Notes under the pieces: model-generated
What the model was told of the DNA's origin: nothing
The model's database searches: none
The model's input: the letters and a program-made list of their open reading frames with translations, nothing else
Part shown: positions 24,916-36,923 of the stretch, one piece after another
Position numbering within the stretch: position 1 is the first letter of the stretch
Layout of the letters: every line of letters starts with the position of its first letter
From: Gekko japonicus
Lineage: Eukaryota
Length of the DNA: 64,000 bases
Assembly: GCF_001447785.1 (NCBI RefSeq)
Contig: NW_015162481.1
Location: 1,350,899-1,414,898, forward strand
Direction of reading: 5' to 3'
Position numbers and translations under genes: made by a program

Positions 24916-27048
24916 TATTTTATTATTATTGTTTGACCACAAGATAAATACCCAGAATGCAATGCCAGGTGCCCATGGCTCAGCATAGAACAAATCACAG
25001 AGAGAGTAGCAGTTGTTTTTTGCCAGTTCCTCTCCCTGCCTCTGCAGCTCGCTGTGTTCCCCAAAAGGCCTTAACTCTTTGAACCCAGTTTTCAGGGGAC
25101 ATGGGGGGATGCACATGTCAAGAATTAGTGACCTTCTCTTTGCAGGTAGAAGTGACTTTTGCTTATGCAGAGAGGGTTCTTTTTTATCTACGCCTTTGCA
25201 TTTCTATTCTCCCGCCTAGGGAGATGCACATAATCCACCATTCTCCTAAGCAAGATTAAGAAACTAAGAGCAAGCTTTTTTTCTGAGAGAGAGAACATGT
25301 TCATGCATCTGTGACTGTGGGTTATTACACCATGATTAGCTTAGAAAATTGATTCTTACAAGAAATAACAATGAGATTTATGTCTGTTAAAGATCTGCAT
25401 AAATCACCCTTTCTTTTAAAAAAAGCAACAAGCTGCAAACTCCCCCTTTCCTTCCAGAATCTATTATCTTGATGCCTAGAAAAACACCTGTGAATTGTTT
25501 TGCAAGAGTTAATTATCTTTCTGTTGCCTCTGGAAGCCAAAGTGTGAAGTCTATTTGAAAAATTATTCAGGGGGGGAAATGGATTGCTTGCTAATATATT
25601 TTTCATTCTACAAATGGGGTAATTTGGTGGGGGCTTGCATGAATGTGGCACAGAATTGATGCAGAGGAGAGCGCTTGCTTGGTCCATATTTCTTCGTATT
25701 AAGAGTTGTTGGCGCAAACTCTGAAAGTTTCGTCATTGCCACAGTTGTGACTTTCTGAAATGAGTGAGCCTGGAGAATGAGCAGTGAGAAAATAAGGCAG
25801 GAAGGAAGAAACCGTCTTTATGGGGGAGGGATTACTGTAGCCCTTGGGGTGACCTTGTACTTGACACTGTAATACCGTTATTAATACCTGTGTTAAGAAA
25901 TGTAATGTGTAAAGCAACCCTGAAGGCTGAACCACACATAACACACATAATCGCTAGGAATCCGAAAGCAGATCCCAAATGTGAATTTTAGCTGCCAGAA
26001 GGACCCATGGGAGGGAGTTCAATTAAGACGGCAACTCTGGAGAAAGGGCGGAGGGGGGGGGCTGAGAATTCCCCTTGTGCCATTTCCCCAATTGGAAAGG
26101 GTACCCTCATACTGCTTTGAGCTCTGGGAGAGGGAAAAGTCAGGCACAATATGGATGTCTATATTTTTCTCTCCTGGCTCTTGAAGTAGCTGGGAAGGGA
26201 AGGCAGAGTGAAAATTCCCCTTCCGCTGGCTGTAACCCTGATGCCTGTCAGTGTGGTTTGGCCCATGATTCAGAAGCAGAGACCTCCTCTGAGGCTGTAC
26301 ATTTGATGGAATCCCAGACTGGCAAGAGGCCCATAGCCACAACAGCGCCGCCATTCTCTCTTCTGCATGGAGGATCCAAGAAGGTCAGAGACTGCTTAGG
26401 GCGAGAATAAGGGGAAGGGGGAAACTGGGAGAGAAAAAACAGAGACCCTGGAAAAGGGTCTCACCCCAGCCCCTTTGAGAGAGGGAGAAGCATAGGGGTG
26501 CCAACCTCCAGGAGGGGCCTGGATATCTCCGGCTGTTTCAATTGATCTCCAGGCAATAGACATCAGTTCCCCTGGAGAAAATGGATGCTTCGAAGGGTGG
26601 ACTCTGTGAAATTGTTAACTGCTGAAGTTATTCCCCTTTCCAGACCCTGCCCTCCCAGGGTCCACCCCCTAAATCTCGAGGTATTTCCCCATCCAGAACT
26701 GGCAAACACTGATACCTCCCCCTTCCTATGCAAGGCTTGAGCATGCGGGGCAGGTTTCACCTACCTCCCTGGCCTCGCCCTGCCCAGGTGGAGGGGGAGG
26801 CCATGAGGCCACCAAGAAGAGTTCCAGTGGCCATAAGGGCCAGTTTGCCCTTGATTCTGGGTTCATACGTTCCCCTTCCAGACTAAAGACTTTTCCCCAA
26901 ATCCTACAGATTGAACACACACAGTGAGTCTAAACTGGGTCTCAGCTGATGTTTTAAAATGAAGTCCGGAACAAGAAAAACAGGTTCCCCATGGTTAAAT
27001 ATCTTTTTTTTTTTAAAGGCTTGTCATGCCGCACCCCAGTCTCTAAGC

Positions 27049-27372
27049 TAGGGTTGCCAGACCACAGGTCCCAGCGGGGGTTGCTCCGCTTTTGGGGGTT
27101 GCAGTCTGCTGCTGGTCAGCTGGCTGGTGGGGGGAAATCCCACCCCCAATAGGGACGTGACATCATTGCATTAGTGACATTGCATACAACATTTTGGTTT
27201 TTGGCTAAACTCAATGGTTTTGAAGAAGAAAAAAGCATAGAGTTTTTGCTCCCAAACCAGAACGTCACACGCGATGTCACCAATGTGATGACATCACCCA
27301 ACAATGTCCCGCCCACCCCCAGAACGCCCCCAAATCCCCCCGCCACAATGGCGAGGGAACCTGGCAACACTA
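27049..27372. mobile_element. hAT MITE (TAGGGTTGCCAG TIR, distinct internal sequence)
   Basis: perfect 8-bp TSD ctctaagc; internal palindrome. Confidence 0.9.
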
Positions 27373-28244
27373 CTCTAAGCACTTTGTGTCCGCATGGCGG
27401 CAACCTGTAGCCTGTATGGAATGTGGCTTGGGGTGCAAATTCTGTGCCTGCCGGAGCATTGCTTGTAGCTATGAAGCAGCGAGCCTGGATTGTGTGCTGC
27501 GTTAAGGCCTCCCCATCTGTAAAACGTCTTGCAAAGCAGCCTCTCCTGCCCTGTCATTAAGCTCTGCTGGTATATTTTTCTTTTATGTAGCCTTCTGACA
27601 GGTAGTTGGCTAGGCAGTGATTGAAAAGCAGTGCACAGTTACAAATGCTTTGCAGGTGTTTTGAACAAGAAGTGTAAGTTTCGCCCAGGTTTTATTGATT
27701 ACGGAGGTGGACAGAGAAGAACAAGTGAAGGCAATTTGGTGCAAAGAGAAAGGGAGATGAGCTGTATTTCAGGGCTGAAAGGAGGCATTTGTCTGCTGTG
27801 ATCTTCAAGTCACTTACACTGGAGTAGTCCCATTGCAGTTGGATGATTGCAGTCAATCCACATTTACTGTTATTAACTATAGCACTATGTACTGTGTTGA
27901 TTCTTTAGTTTTAAAAACTATAGTCTTATTAAAGTTGAATGCTTTTTTGCTTGACGGTTATGACTGCAAAAAAGATCAGATATTTTATTTTAAATCTTAA
28001 AGGCTTACGGGAAAAAACCCACCTCAAATTAGACTTTCCAAAAGGGAGTAAAAGCAGACTGATATTATAACTGTTCTTAGTCCTAGGAAAGGTTTATAGG
28101 ATGAATAAGTTTTTGACAAATGACATACGATGTGGCTACTCTAATCACCACTGTAACTGTTCAAAAGATGAATGTGTGACATCTTGTTAGAGATTTCACC
28201 TTCAGCAACATTTGCTTTTTATCTGTTTTGCTCTCTCTTTTTAG

Positions 28245-28341
28245 ATCTTGGGAGTAATAACATTCTGCATTCTTCTGTATTTCTATAAAAGAAGGGATGT
28301 GAAGCACGTTGTGGTTTTGTTAACTATGGCAGCACTGCTAG
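28245..28341 (+). CDS. NIPAL2: NIPAL2 coding exon 6: ILGVITFCILLYFYKRRDVKHVVVLLTMAALL(A)
   Basis: long pyrimidine tract + ttag acceptor, TAG|gtaaga donor, 97 nt; FCILLYFYKR matches recalled NIPAL2. Confidence 0.96.
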
Positions 28342-28481
28342 GTAAGACTTATTTATTTATTTATTCAATTTATACCCCACTCTCCCCGTGAGCGGGCTCA
28401 GGGCGGCTTACAACAGTGGCCCAATTGCCAGTAAAACCAATAAAACAGTATACATCATATCAGACTTGTGTCATCTCCAGC

Positions 28482-28913
28482 TGGGGTTGCCAAGTCCATC
28501 TTCCACCCCCAGCGGGGGACTTTGGGGGCGTTCCTGGAGGGGGCGGGGCATCCCCGACGTGATGACGTCACGTTGGGGATATCCGCCCCCCCCCGCCCGT
28601 GCGCCAGATCTCCAGAAACGGCAGTTCCCTGCACTTAAAGGAGCCGGCGTTTCCCTTTTAAATGCAGGAGCCGGCGTTTCCCCTTTAAGAGCAGCCGCAT
28701 TTCCCTTTTAAGAGCACGAAGCTGGCATTTCCCTGCAAGCTTGCGGAGATTGAGCTTGGGAGGAAACACGGGTTCCATACACTTAAAGGGAGAGAGATGG
28801 GTGGCTGTGGGTGTTGGGGGTGGGGCTTCCCCCACCGGCCATCTGGACGGCAGCGGGTAGAACCCCCCCCAAAATGGGGGACCCCTGGCAAACTGGGGGG
28901 TTTGGCAACCCTA
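28482..28913. mobile_element. CpG-rich hAT MITE 140 bp downstream of exon 6
   Basis: perfect TSD tctccagc; TIR tggggttgccaa/ttggcaacccta; internal tandem (ggagccggcgtttcccYtttaa) repeats. Confidence 0.9.
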
Positions 28914-31494
28914 TCTCCAGCCCTGTTTTGTCCTGACCACTTGTCCACCACCGGTCTTTGGTCTCCTTCATCCACTATATTTTGTGGGGCTTCCTGGAAT
29001 AGAAAAAAGTTCATCTTTGCTGAAGGTAATCCTTCTCTGTTGGAGGAAGACTTGGTGCTAGGGAGTCACAGGATCCAGCCTGTGGTTTCCACAATCTATA
29101 GCACATGCATACTAAGATTCCACTGCTACCTTATCTGACTCCATGTCTTTGGTACACAGGTGAGTTTTGTTTTGAGCCAGGTTTGGCAACAGGTTTTGCA
29201 TCTGCAGGAGTAATTCTGCAGGCATCCCAGTAGATCTGTCATGCAGCTCACTCATAACTGGTCCTGTAACTAACAATAGATTCCGAAATAGTTCTTGTCC
29301 ATGGGATGGAAGGCCCAGTCAAATTAAACTCCAAGACATCTCTGTTGGAGTCATCCTGTTATTGCAGAACATTTTCTTTGAACTGGTGTTCTGTTGTTAT
29401 TTTTTTAATCATTCCCTGCTGAGACGGGAGAGGGAGAGAAAACTGAATGAAAGTATTCATATAGAATTTTCCTCATTGTTCAGAATTTGTCACATACATC
29501 ATGTATGAGGAGCACTTTGCAGACTTCAGAGCACTATACAAAGTGTTATATATCGGGTTGGATCCAGACTAAATTTTCCATTAGCAGAATGGAACTTCCC
29601 TGCCACTCCCCTTCCATTGCAGTGCGTTTATCTCCATGAAATGCTGCTCCTGGGGGAGAGGGGACCCCCCCCCCGAGGAATGATATGAGTGGGTTCTGCA
29701 GCAGGAAGGAGGGATGGGTGGGAATGGCCAATTTACTCTGGATCCAAACTATGATTTTACAGTTACTCTATAAGGTAGTCCAGTATCTGTTTTTCCCCAT
29801 ACTAGAAATGGAAGACTGGGGCTGCAAGAAAGTGCGTAGGACTCAGTGGACTTCAAGTTCATGCTTTTAATCCTTTCAGTAACCAAATAATGGTGATTGA
29901 AGAGTTGGCAGTGAAACACAACCAGGGCTCTAATGGAAGGAGCTGCCTTGTGACTATGACCTATGCAAAGAGTCTTTAGAGGCATTGGATGGTGATCCAA
30001 ACACGTCCTTGCCAGAGAGTGACCCAGCATGCACCCAGCAAGGTTAAAAAAACCCTACAGCTCTATCGAAAACAGAGCATTGCTCTAATGATACATAAAA
30101 TTAAATCTTACCTACCCAATCCAATCTCTGTATAAGGACATGCTTTGAGAAATAAACATCTGTTGAAAATGAGGAAAGATAAAAAAATGTAATTAACTTT
30201 AGGTCATCTGAGTCCAGTGGAAAGGGGTGACGCAATAGGAAATGATGGCGCAGAGGTATTTGCAGTCCCAAATACTTTGCTGATCTCAACCAAGTTCCTT
30301 GATACTGGCTTTTGATCCATGTACAGGCATGTCATGGGGATGTGAGATAATGCAGGGTAACTCACTGTTTAACTCGTCGTTTGCTAACCATTTTAGAGCC
30401 TCTCCAAACAGTGGGGTGGACCCAGCCATCCTCCAAGGAGCCTTCTTCCAGACTAAGGAGTCTTTCTCCAACTTAAGTGGTTTTTCCCACCAGTGGAGTG
30501 GTAGGATAGGAGTAGGATCGACCCAAGTAACTTAGAGGAGAATTAGAAGTGCAATGCATATCTGATCTCACTCCATCCACATGGCAGGAGGTCCATTGCA
30601 AGGGTTGTCATGAGCTGGGAATTCACACAGGTGCCTGTTGGGCATCCATTTGTTTGTGGTAGCAATGGTGTGGGAAACGGACATGCAGATGCAACTTCCT
30701 TCCACTCTAGCATGAGGCTCCCTGTGGTCTCCAATCCACAGAATTGATGGGATTCACAGCTGCTTAGTACCAGCGATGCTGCAACATCTGGTGCTCCCAG
30801 ACTGTTCTCTGAGCCCCATGCAGATACAACTTTACACTTGGATGCAACTTGACGCTTGGATAGGGTTTGGGGAGCCTATTGGTGAGTGGGTTTATTTGGG
30901 CTGACACCTTAAGAAATTCTTCATTGTTTGATCCTAGAAGGAATGGATTACAGAGACTATTTGAAATTCTGCGTTGCTCGGCAAGGTTTTTGGATCAGGA
31001 CTAGCTGGATTCACACACAAGCTAAGAAATCTGTAGCTTAGGGCCTCAGATCATGAGCCGTCTCTAAATATTTAAAAAAAAACACCTACATTTTGCTAAT
31101 ACACAATTTTGGTAAAGCTATGGGGCCTCTTAAACTTGACATAGCTTCGGGCGTCGGCTTGGATGAAATAAATAAAACAATGGGTTGGATGCAGCCAGCT
31201 ATCCACCCCACCCCCCATTTTCAAGCAACACCCTTCTTAATTTTATTTATTTATTTAGGCATTTTTACCCCGCCCTCCCCACAAGCGGGCTCGGGGTGGC
31301 TTACTACAGCTCCCATCCCACAGGGCTTCATTCTCATGCAAGTCCCATAATCTTCAACATAGCCTCTTTCCTTTACCACTACCGGCAAAGCTAATTGAAT
31401 TCAGCCTAATAACTCCTGCATAAAAGGCCATGCTGGTCTAAGCACAATGCAGAAGCTTAAACTGGATTGGTGATTCGATGGCCAAACAAGATAA

Positions 31495-31730
31495 AGAAGA
31501 AGAGTTGGCTTTTATACCGCACTTTTCTCTACCTTATGGAGTCTCAAAGCGGCTTATAATTGCCTTCCCTTCCTCTCCCCACAACAGGCATCTTGTGAGG
31601 TAGGTGGGGCTGAACTGTGACTGGCCCAAGGTCACCCAGCAGGCTTCACATAGAGGAAGAGTGGGGAATCAATCTCAGTTGTTCAGATTAGAGGCCACTG
31701 CTCTTAACCACTACACCATGCTGGCTCTCT
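31495..31730 (-). mobile_element. Squam3-like SINE
   Basis: reverse complement of the 40607-type element. Confidence 0.75.
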
Positions 31731-32899
31731 ACCAATTCTGTTTTCATCTCTGTGCTGTCATTGACATGTGCACTTGCCCCCCTGGAACTCAAGCCAAAGC
31801 ACATTCTAAATATGCAGCTTTGTTCATTTGTTGGAACATGTTTCTATTGTGTGCACTGTAAAAAGTCCTCAGGCCAGGAGAATAAAAATTATGGCTCGAT
31901 CTCTGGGGATCTGTCTCCTGTGCAAGACCTACTGAAGTGAATGGAATACAGATGGAGCGCAATGAATGGGACATAAGAACACAGATGTTAATTGCATAAC
32001 ATTGTGCTCTGTGCTGGAAAGAGGGAGATCATGCTTGGTGGATGGTGCTAAAGAATTGTAATAGGCGACAGTGTTTTTAAAAGGGTGATATTATGCAGCA
32101 TCACACAAGACCCAGTGGATTGTATTTCGTGCAACATTCTAGCGTGTATTAGAACTTGTCTCCATTTTCAGTATTTTGTCAGTATCTCATGGGGTTTGCC
32201 TTATGATGGTATCCAACATTCTGAGGCAGCAGATTTTGGAAATGTTTCCAAAAAAAAAAAAAAGCTTGAAAAAGTCTGAATCTATTGTGGTGAATAAACC
32301 ACTCTTATTGAATTTAAATGGGGCAAGAATGAGACACTTTCACAAAGAAGTCATGTTTGCCACAGGCATTCTGGTGTTTTCCAAAGCAAACATTAAGTGC
32401 AAACAACAGATGTGTGTCCTTAAACACCCATGAACATATGTTTAGGGATCCGATTGAGTTGTAGCCCCTTGCATATCTATAATGGTGTTTCAGGATAGAT
32501 GCCTGTCATTTCCGCTTTGGGTTTGCAGTGGGAACCATGATGGACAGTTGGTTGACATGCGTGGGAGGGGCTGCGGCTCTGATAGAGAATCTGCTTTGAA
32601 TGTTAGAAGGTCCAGGATCAATTCCTGTCATCTCCAGTTGAAAGGATTGGGAAGGACCTCTGCCTGAGACCCTGGAGAGCCACTGCCAGTCATTGTAGAT
32701 GATACTGACCTTGATAGACCAAAGGTATTACTCAAATTAAGTCAGCTTCTTATGTTCACGAGACAGGTGTGTAAAGTGCACATCTTCTAGATGGCCTGCT
32801 TTGCACAGGAGACCTTTGTTTGTTTCCAGAGGTCACACAACTGGTTGATAGCAACAGGATAGGATTTGCAATAATGGGTTTAAATTAAGGGTGGGAAAG

Positions 32900-33105
32900 C
32901 AATGTTCCCTCTAAGCTGAGTTAGTGTGAGCTAGCTCACAATTTTTTAGCCTCCGGGTCACACATTTTTGCCTTAGTTCAGGAAGGATGGTTCCAGGGCA
33001 AACTAATTTATACGGTAGCCAAATCGCTCACTCACAACTTTAATGCCAGTAGCTCACAAAGTAGATTTTTTGCTCACAAGACTCCACAGCTTAGAGGGAG
33101 CATTG
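32900..33105 (+). mobile_element. family-B MITE inserted in a short CR1 fragment (about 32850-33155)
   Basis: TIRs; near-TSD gtgggaa(a)g. Confidence 0.85.
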
Positions 33106-34304
33106 GTGGGAAGGTACCAGCTGGATATTACAAAGAACTTTTTTACAGTAAGAGCTTGTGTCACACCTTATTGCAAAAGAACTCTGTAATAGCTACGGAA
33201 GAATTGTTCTCTCTCCACTGTTACCCACTTGTAGAAATTGCCAGAAATGGCAAATGGGATGAGGCTGGAGGTGGGGTAGGGGTAGGGGCGTTCTATATCT
33301 GTCACACTACTTTTAATAAGCAGAAAGGTCTGTATTTCATAGGCGATTTATTTTCCCTGGAAAGAGAGCAGAGAAGTGTGAGTATAAATCTGCAAACGTT
33401 TTTAGCAGTGTGGCTCTGGAAACTGACTCATTGAGGAGCACCTTGCTGCATGCCTAATCTGGAATTTACAGTGGGGTAGATTGGAGTGGGGTGCGTGCGT
33501 GGGGTGGGGGGGGACAAAGTTGGATCTCGGCGCTTCCCGCTGTTGCAAATGAGGTCACTTTTCAGCTGCTTCAAGACTAGCTAAACGAGGTCTGTTATCA
33601 GAGTTAGCAAAACCCATTGCTTCCCTATTCGGTGCTGCGTTAACCAGAAGAACCGTTTCTGTATTAAATATTTAAAGAGACTCTTAGGGGCTTCCTATGC
33701 CTGGTCGTTAAATTTATATAGAAGCTGGGTGGAAATGGTCCCGCCGTCTCTGATAATACTGTCAGCTTTAATATCTTCACCTTCCAGCAATATAGCTAGC
33801 AGCAGGAAGGACGGAAATGGCAAGTTTTATTGGAAAACTTTATTTTACACTGTTTGACTCTGTTTCTACAAAGCCACACTGCCAACATTTAGCTCAACAA
33901 GGAGATCCCCCCCCCCCCCCGGTATCGATGCTCATGTTGGACAGAGTTGTTGAAGAACTGTGCCTAACACTGGAAATTGCCCTACTGATAAAAAGGGCCA
34001 CTGTTAACGTACAGAATATATAAAATTGCAGAATTATACTTTGGGAAGGTGTTCCAGTCCAACTCTTCGTTCGTGCCCCAGCAGATCTGCCCCTGTGATG
34101 CATAGTGCAGAACGCCATGGGCCGGCTGTTATCAGGAGCCAGGTGGAGCATGCCTGTTACTCCCCATTCTCCAGTCACTCCACTGGCTGCCTGTCAGTTA
34201 CCAGGCTCAGCTTAAGGTATTGGCTATCACCTACAAAGCCCTTCATGGCCTTGAACCCTCACATCTGCAAGACCGCCTCTCCCTCTCTGCTCCGCCATGA
34301 AAAC

Positions 34305-34648
34305 CTCCTTCTTTGGAGGTTTTCAAACAGAGACTAGATGGCCATCTGACAGCAATGCGGATTCTGTGAACTTAGGCAGATCATGAGAGGGAGGACAGGA
34401 AGGGTTGCCTCGGTGCTTAGTTCTCGTGACCCTTTCTGATACGCCCAGGGAAATGCTGATTGCCACTTTGGGGTCAGGAAGCAATTTTCCTCCAGGCCAG
34501 TTTGGCCGGGGATCCTGGAGGTTTTTTCTCATCATCTGGGCGTGGGTCACTGTGGCTGTGGAGGAGGAGGTATTTGTGAATGTCCTGCATTGTGCAGGGG
34601 GTTGGACTAGATGACCCTGGAGGTCCCTTCCAACTCTATGATTCTATG
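34305..34648 (+). mobile_element. CR1 3' end nested in an L2-like relic (about 34020-35135)
   Basis: gggttggactagatgacc…ggtcccttccaactctatgattctatg is the canonical CR1 3' terminus. Confidence 0.85.
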
Positions 34649-35432
34649 GTTTTCTATGACAGCTTCGCTGATCTGAGAAGGTGCCCACCTGCAAATGGGC
34701 AAAACCAACAACTGCCCGTACAGGTGCCTTGCCTGTAGTGGCCCCCACTCTGTGGAATGGTCTGCCTGAGGCAGGCCCGTAGCTACCACGGGGCCCGGCC
34801 CCCTAGTGGTTTTTATGGGCCTCCCTCCCTGAGCCTAGGCTCCCCCTCCCTCCTGAGCAAGAGTCCAGTAGCACCTTAAAGACTAAGAAGATTTGTGCCA
34901 GGGGATGATCTAACTGCTGTGTATAGTTTGCTATAAGTTGGATCCTGTTATGTAATTTCACATCATTTAATATGTCATGTTAATACTTATTATGATTTGC
35001 TTCCGTAATGTTTTTTAGATTTCTGGTTGGTTCTACAACCCAAATCCTATTCCATTGTTTTATTGAATGTCCCATCCTGTTGATTGTATTGACTCGCTCT
35101 GTGTAATCCGCCTTGAGTCCCAGAGAGAAAGGTGAACAACATAGTTTTAAGAACTACAGTGTTATTTCATGGTACATAAGATCCCCTAGATTAGATTGTC
35201 AGTCCAAGCATCCAGAAAGTTACCCTGGGTCAAGACTGCTCCTAGGAAAAAGGCTGAATTTAGATTGTGTGAGAGAATTGAGGCACTTGGACCTCTTTTG
35301 TCCCATTGAGGATAATGGGATGGGGGAAGCAGCTGGACAACAACTTTCTTCTTGCCAAACAAGATCATAAAAGAAATAGCAGTATGATCCCTGAAGACAA
35401 GAAGCTAAGAAGTTGGTGGATAAATAAATATT

Positions 35433-35924
35433 GGCCCCGTTCACACAGAGCATTTGCCACGCTAAAGAGACGGATGATAGGTGGATTTTCCGGGCGCGAT
35501 CACACCGCAACATCTGGGAAGTGTAGTGCTCCCGTGGCTAACCCGTGGCTTCCCTCCAAAGATGTGGATTCTGGACGACGTGGGGCAAGGGCGAGCATCT
35601 GATCGCGTCCCGTCCTAGTCCCGTCGCAAACCGGTTACTTTTTTTTTCAGTCTGCACAGGATGCGCACAAACAATCATGTGCATGCTCACCTTCTGGTGG
35701 AAAAAAATATTCCCGATTGCCACGGAAGCGGCGCCTAGCGATTGCTGGTGTGATCACGCCCCGCCGCTTCTTTGCCGCGCTGCAGGAGAGCCGTGTGATC
35801 GGCACCCTCCGCCCTAACCACAGGACCTTGACGGGACGTGTGATCGGGCGGCCGCGCATTATTTTGCTCAGGGGCAAACAGCCACGCTTACCCCCCGCAT
35901 TTTCCGGCCCGTGTGACCGGGACC
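35433..35924. mobile_element. PIF/Harbinger-like MITE, CpG-rich
   Basis: TIR ggccccgttcacac/gtgtgaccgggacc (12/14); many intact CpGs. Confidence 0.7.
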
Positions 35925-35949
35925 GTTGATGCAGGCAAGAAAAAGTTAT

Positions 35950-36113
35950 GGGTTGGATCCAGCCAGTTTTTCAGCTGCTGAACAAGGAGTCCCCTTTGAC
36001 CACAAAAAAAGGTCCCCTGGGGATCATGAGATCCATGGGCAAAGTCATGTGCGACAGGGGTTGTGGTAAGGAGAGAAACTGAGTAAAGTGGAAAGGGTGG
36101 CTGGATCCAACCC
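35950..36113. mobile_element. short Harbinger-like MITE (TIR GGGTTGGATCCAG)
   Basis: gggttggatccagcca…tggctggatccaaccc; degenerate relatives at about 29556-29750, 30413-30525, 37861-38010 and 46734-47119. Confidence 0.7.
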
Positions 36114-36270
36114 TACAGTTTGAATCCTGGCTATAAATTTCTCCAGTAGAAAAAGGTAGGTAATGTTTGCTGATATCCTTTTCCAATGTAGACCTCCTCC
36201 TCTGCTTCCTACGCAGTTCCTGGGGGTCTGCTGACCCCAGGGGTGTGCATTGGGGGGAGGCACAGCAATG

Positions 36271-36744
36271 CTGCAACAGGAGCCGGGATTGCTGTTCCAC
36301 TCCTACAAAATAGTCTGACACCATCAATGATAATCTTAAATCTATCTCATTTGTTCTCCACCTTCATTCATTTATTTATTTATTTAGCCTCTGTACTGGT
36401 TGTGCCGCCTTAAGCCCAGGGTTTCTGTGGCATTTGTTAAACTTCCCTGAGGGCTGCTCTTTACTGTGAGTCATATTCATGGGAGAGAATGTTGGGAGAG
36501 CTACTGAGTCTGCAACAGGACCCGGGATTGCTGTTCTACTCCTACAAAATAGTCTGACACCACCAATGATAATCTTAAATCTATGTCATTTGTTCTCCAC
36601 CTTCATTTATTTATTTATTTAGCCTCTGTACTGGTTGTGCCGCCTTAAGCCCAGGGCTTCTGTGGCATTTGTTAAACTTCCCTGAGGGCTGCTCTTTACT
36701 GTGAGTCATATTCATGGGAGAGAATGTTGGGAGAGCTACTGAGT
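36271..36744 (+). repeat. tandem direct duplication (239 + 235 bp)
   Basis: 36271-36509 repeated at 36510-36744 with about 5 substitutions and a 4-bp indel. Confidence 0.97.
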
Positions 36745-36787
36745 GAATATGCATAAGTGACTTTGTTTTTTTAATATCTTCTTCCAG

Positions 36788-36923
36788 CGTCTCCAACCAT
36801 CATTTCTGCAAAGGCTGTGGCGACCTTGGTTATACTTTCTGTTAAGGGAAACATGCAGCTCACCTACCCCATTTTCTATCTCATGTTCATCATAATGGTT
36901 CTGTCTTGTGTTTTCCAAGTCAA
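36788..36923 (+). CDS. NIPAL2: NIPAL2 coding exon 7: (A)SPTIISAKAVATLVILSVKGNMQLTYPIFYLMFIIMVLSCVFQV(K)
   Basis: cttcttccag acceptor, CAA|gtaagt donor, 136 nt; MQLTYPIFY motif. Confidence 0.96.
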
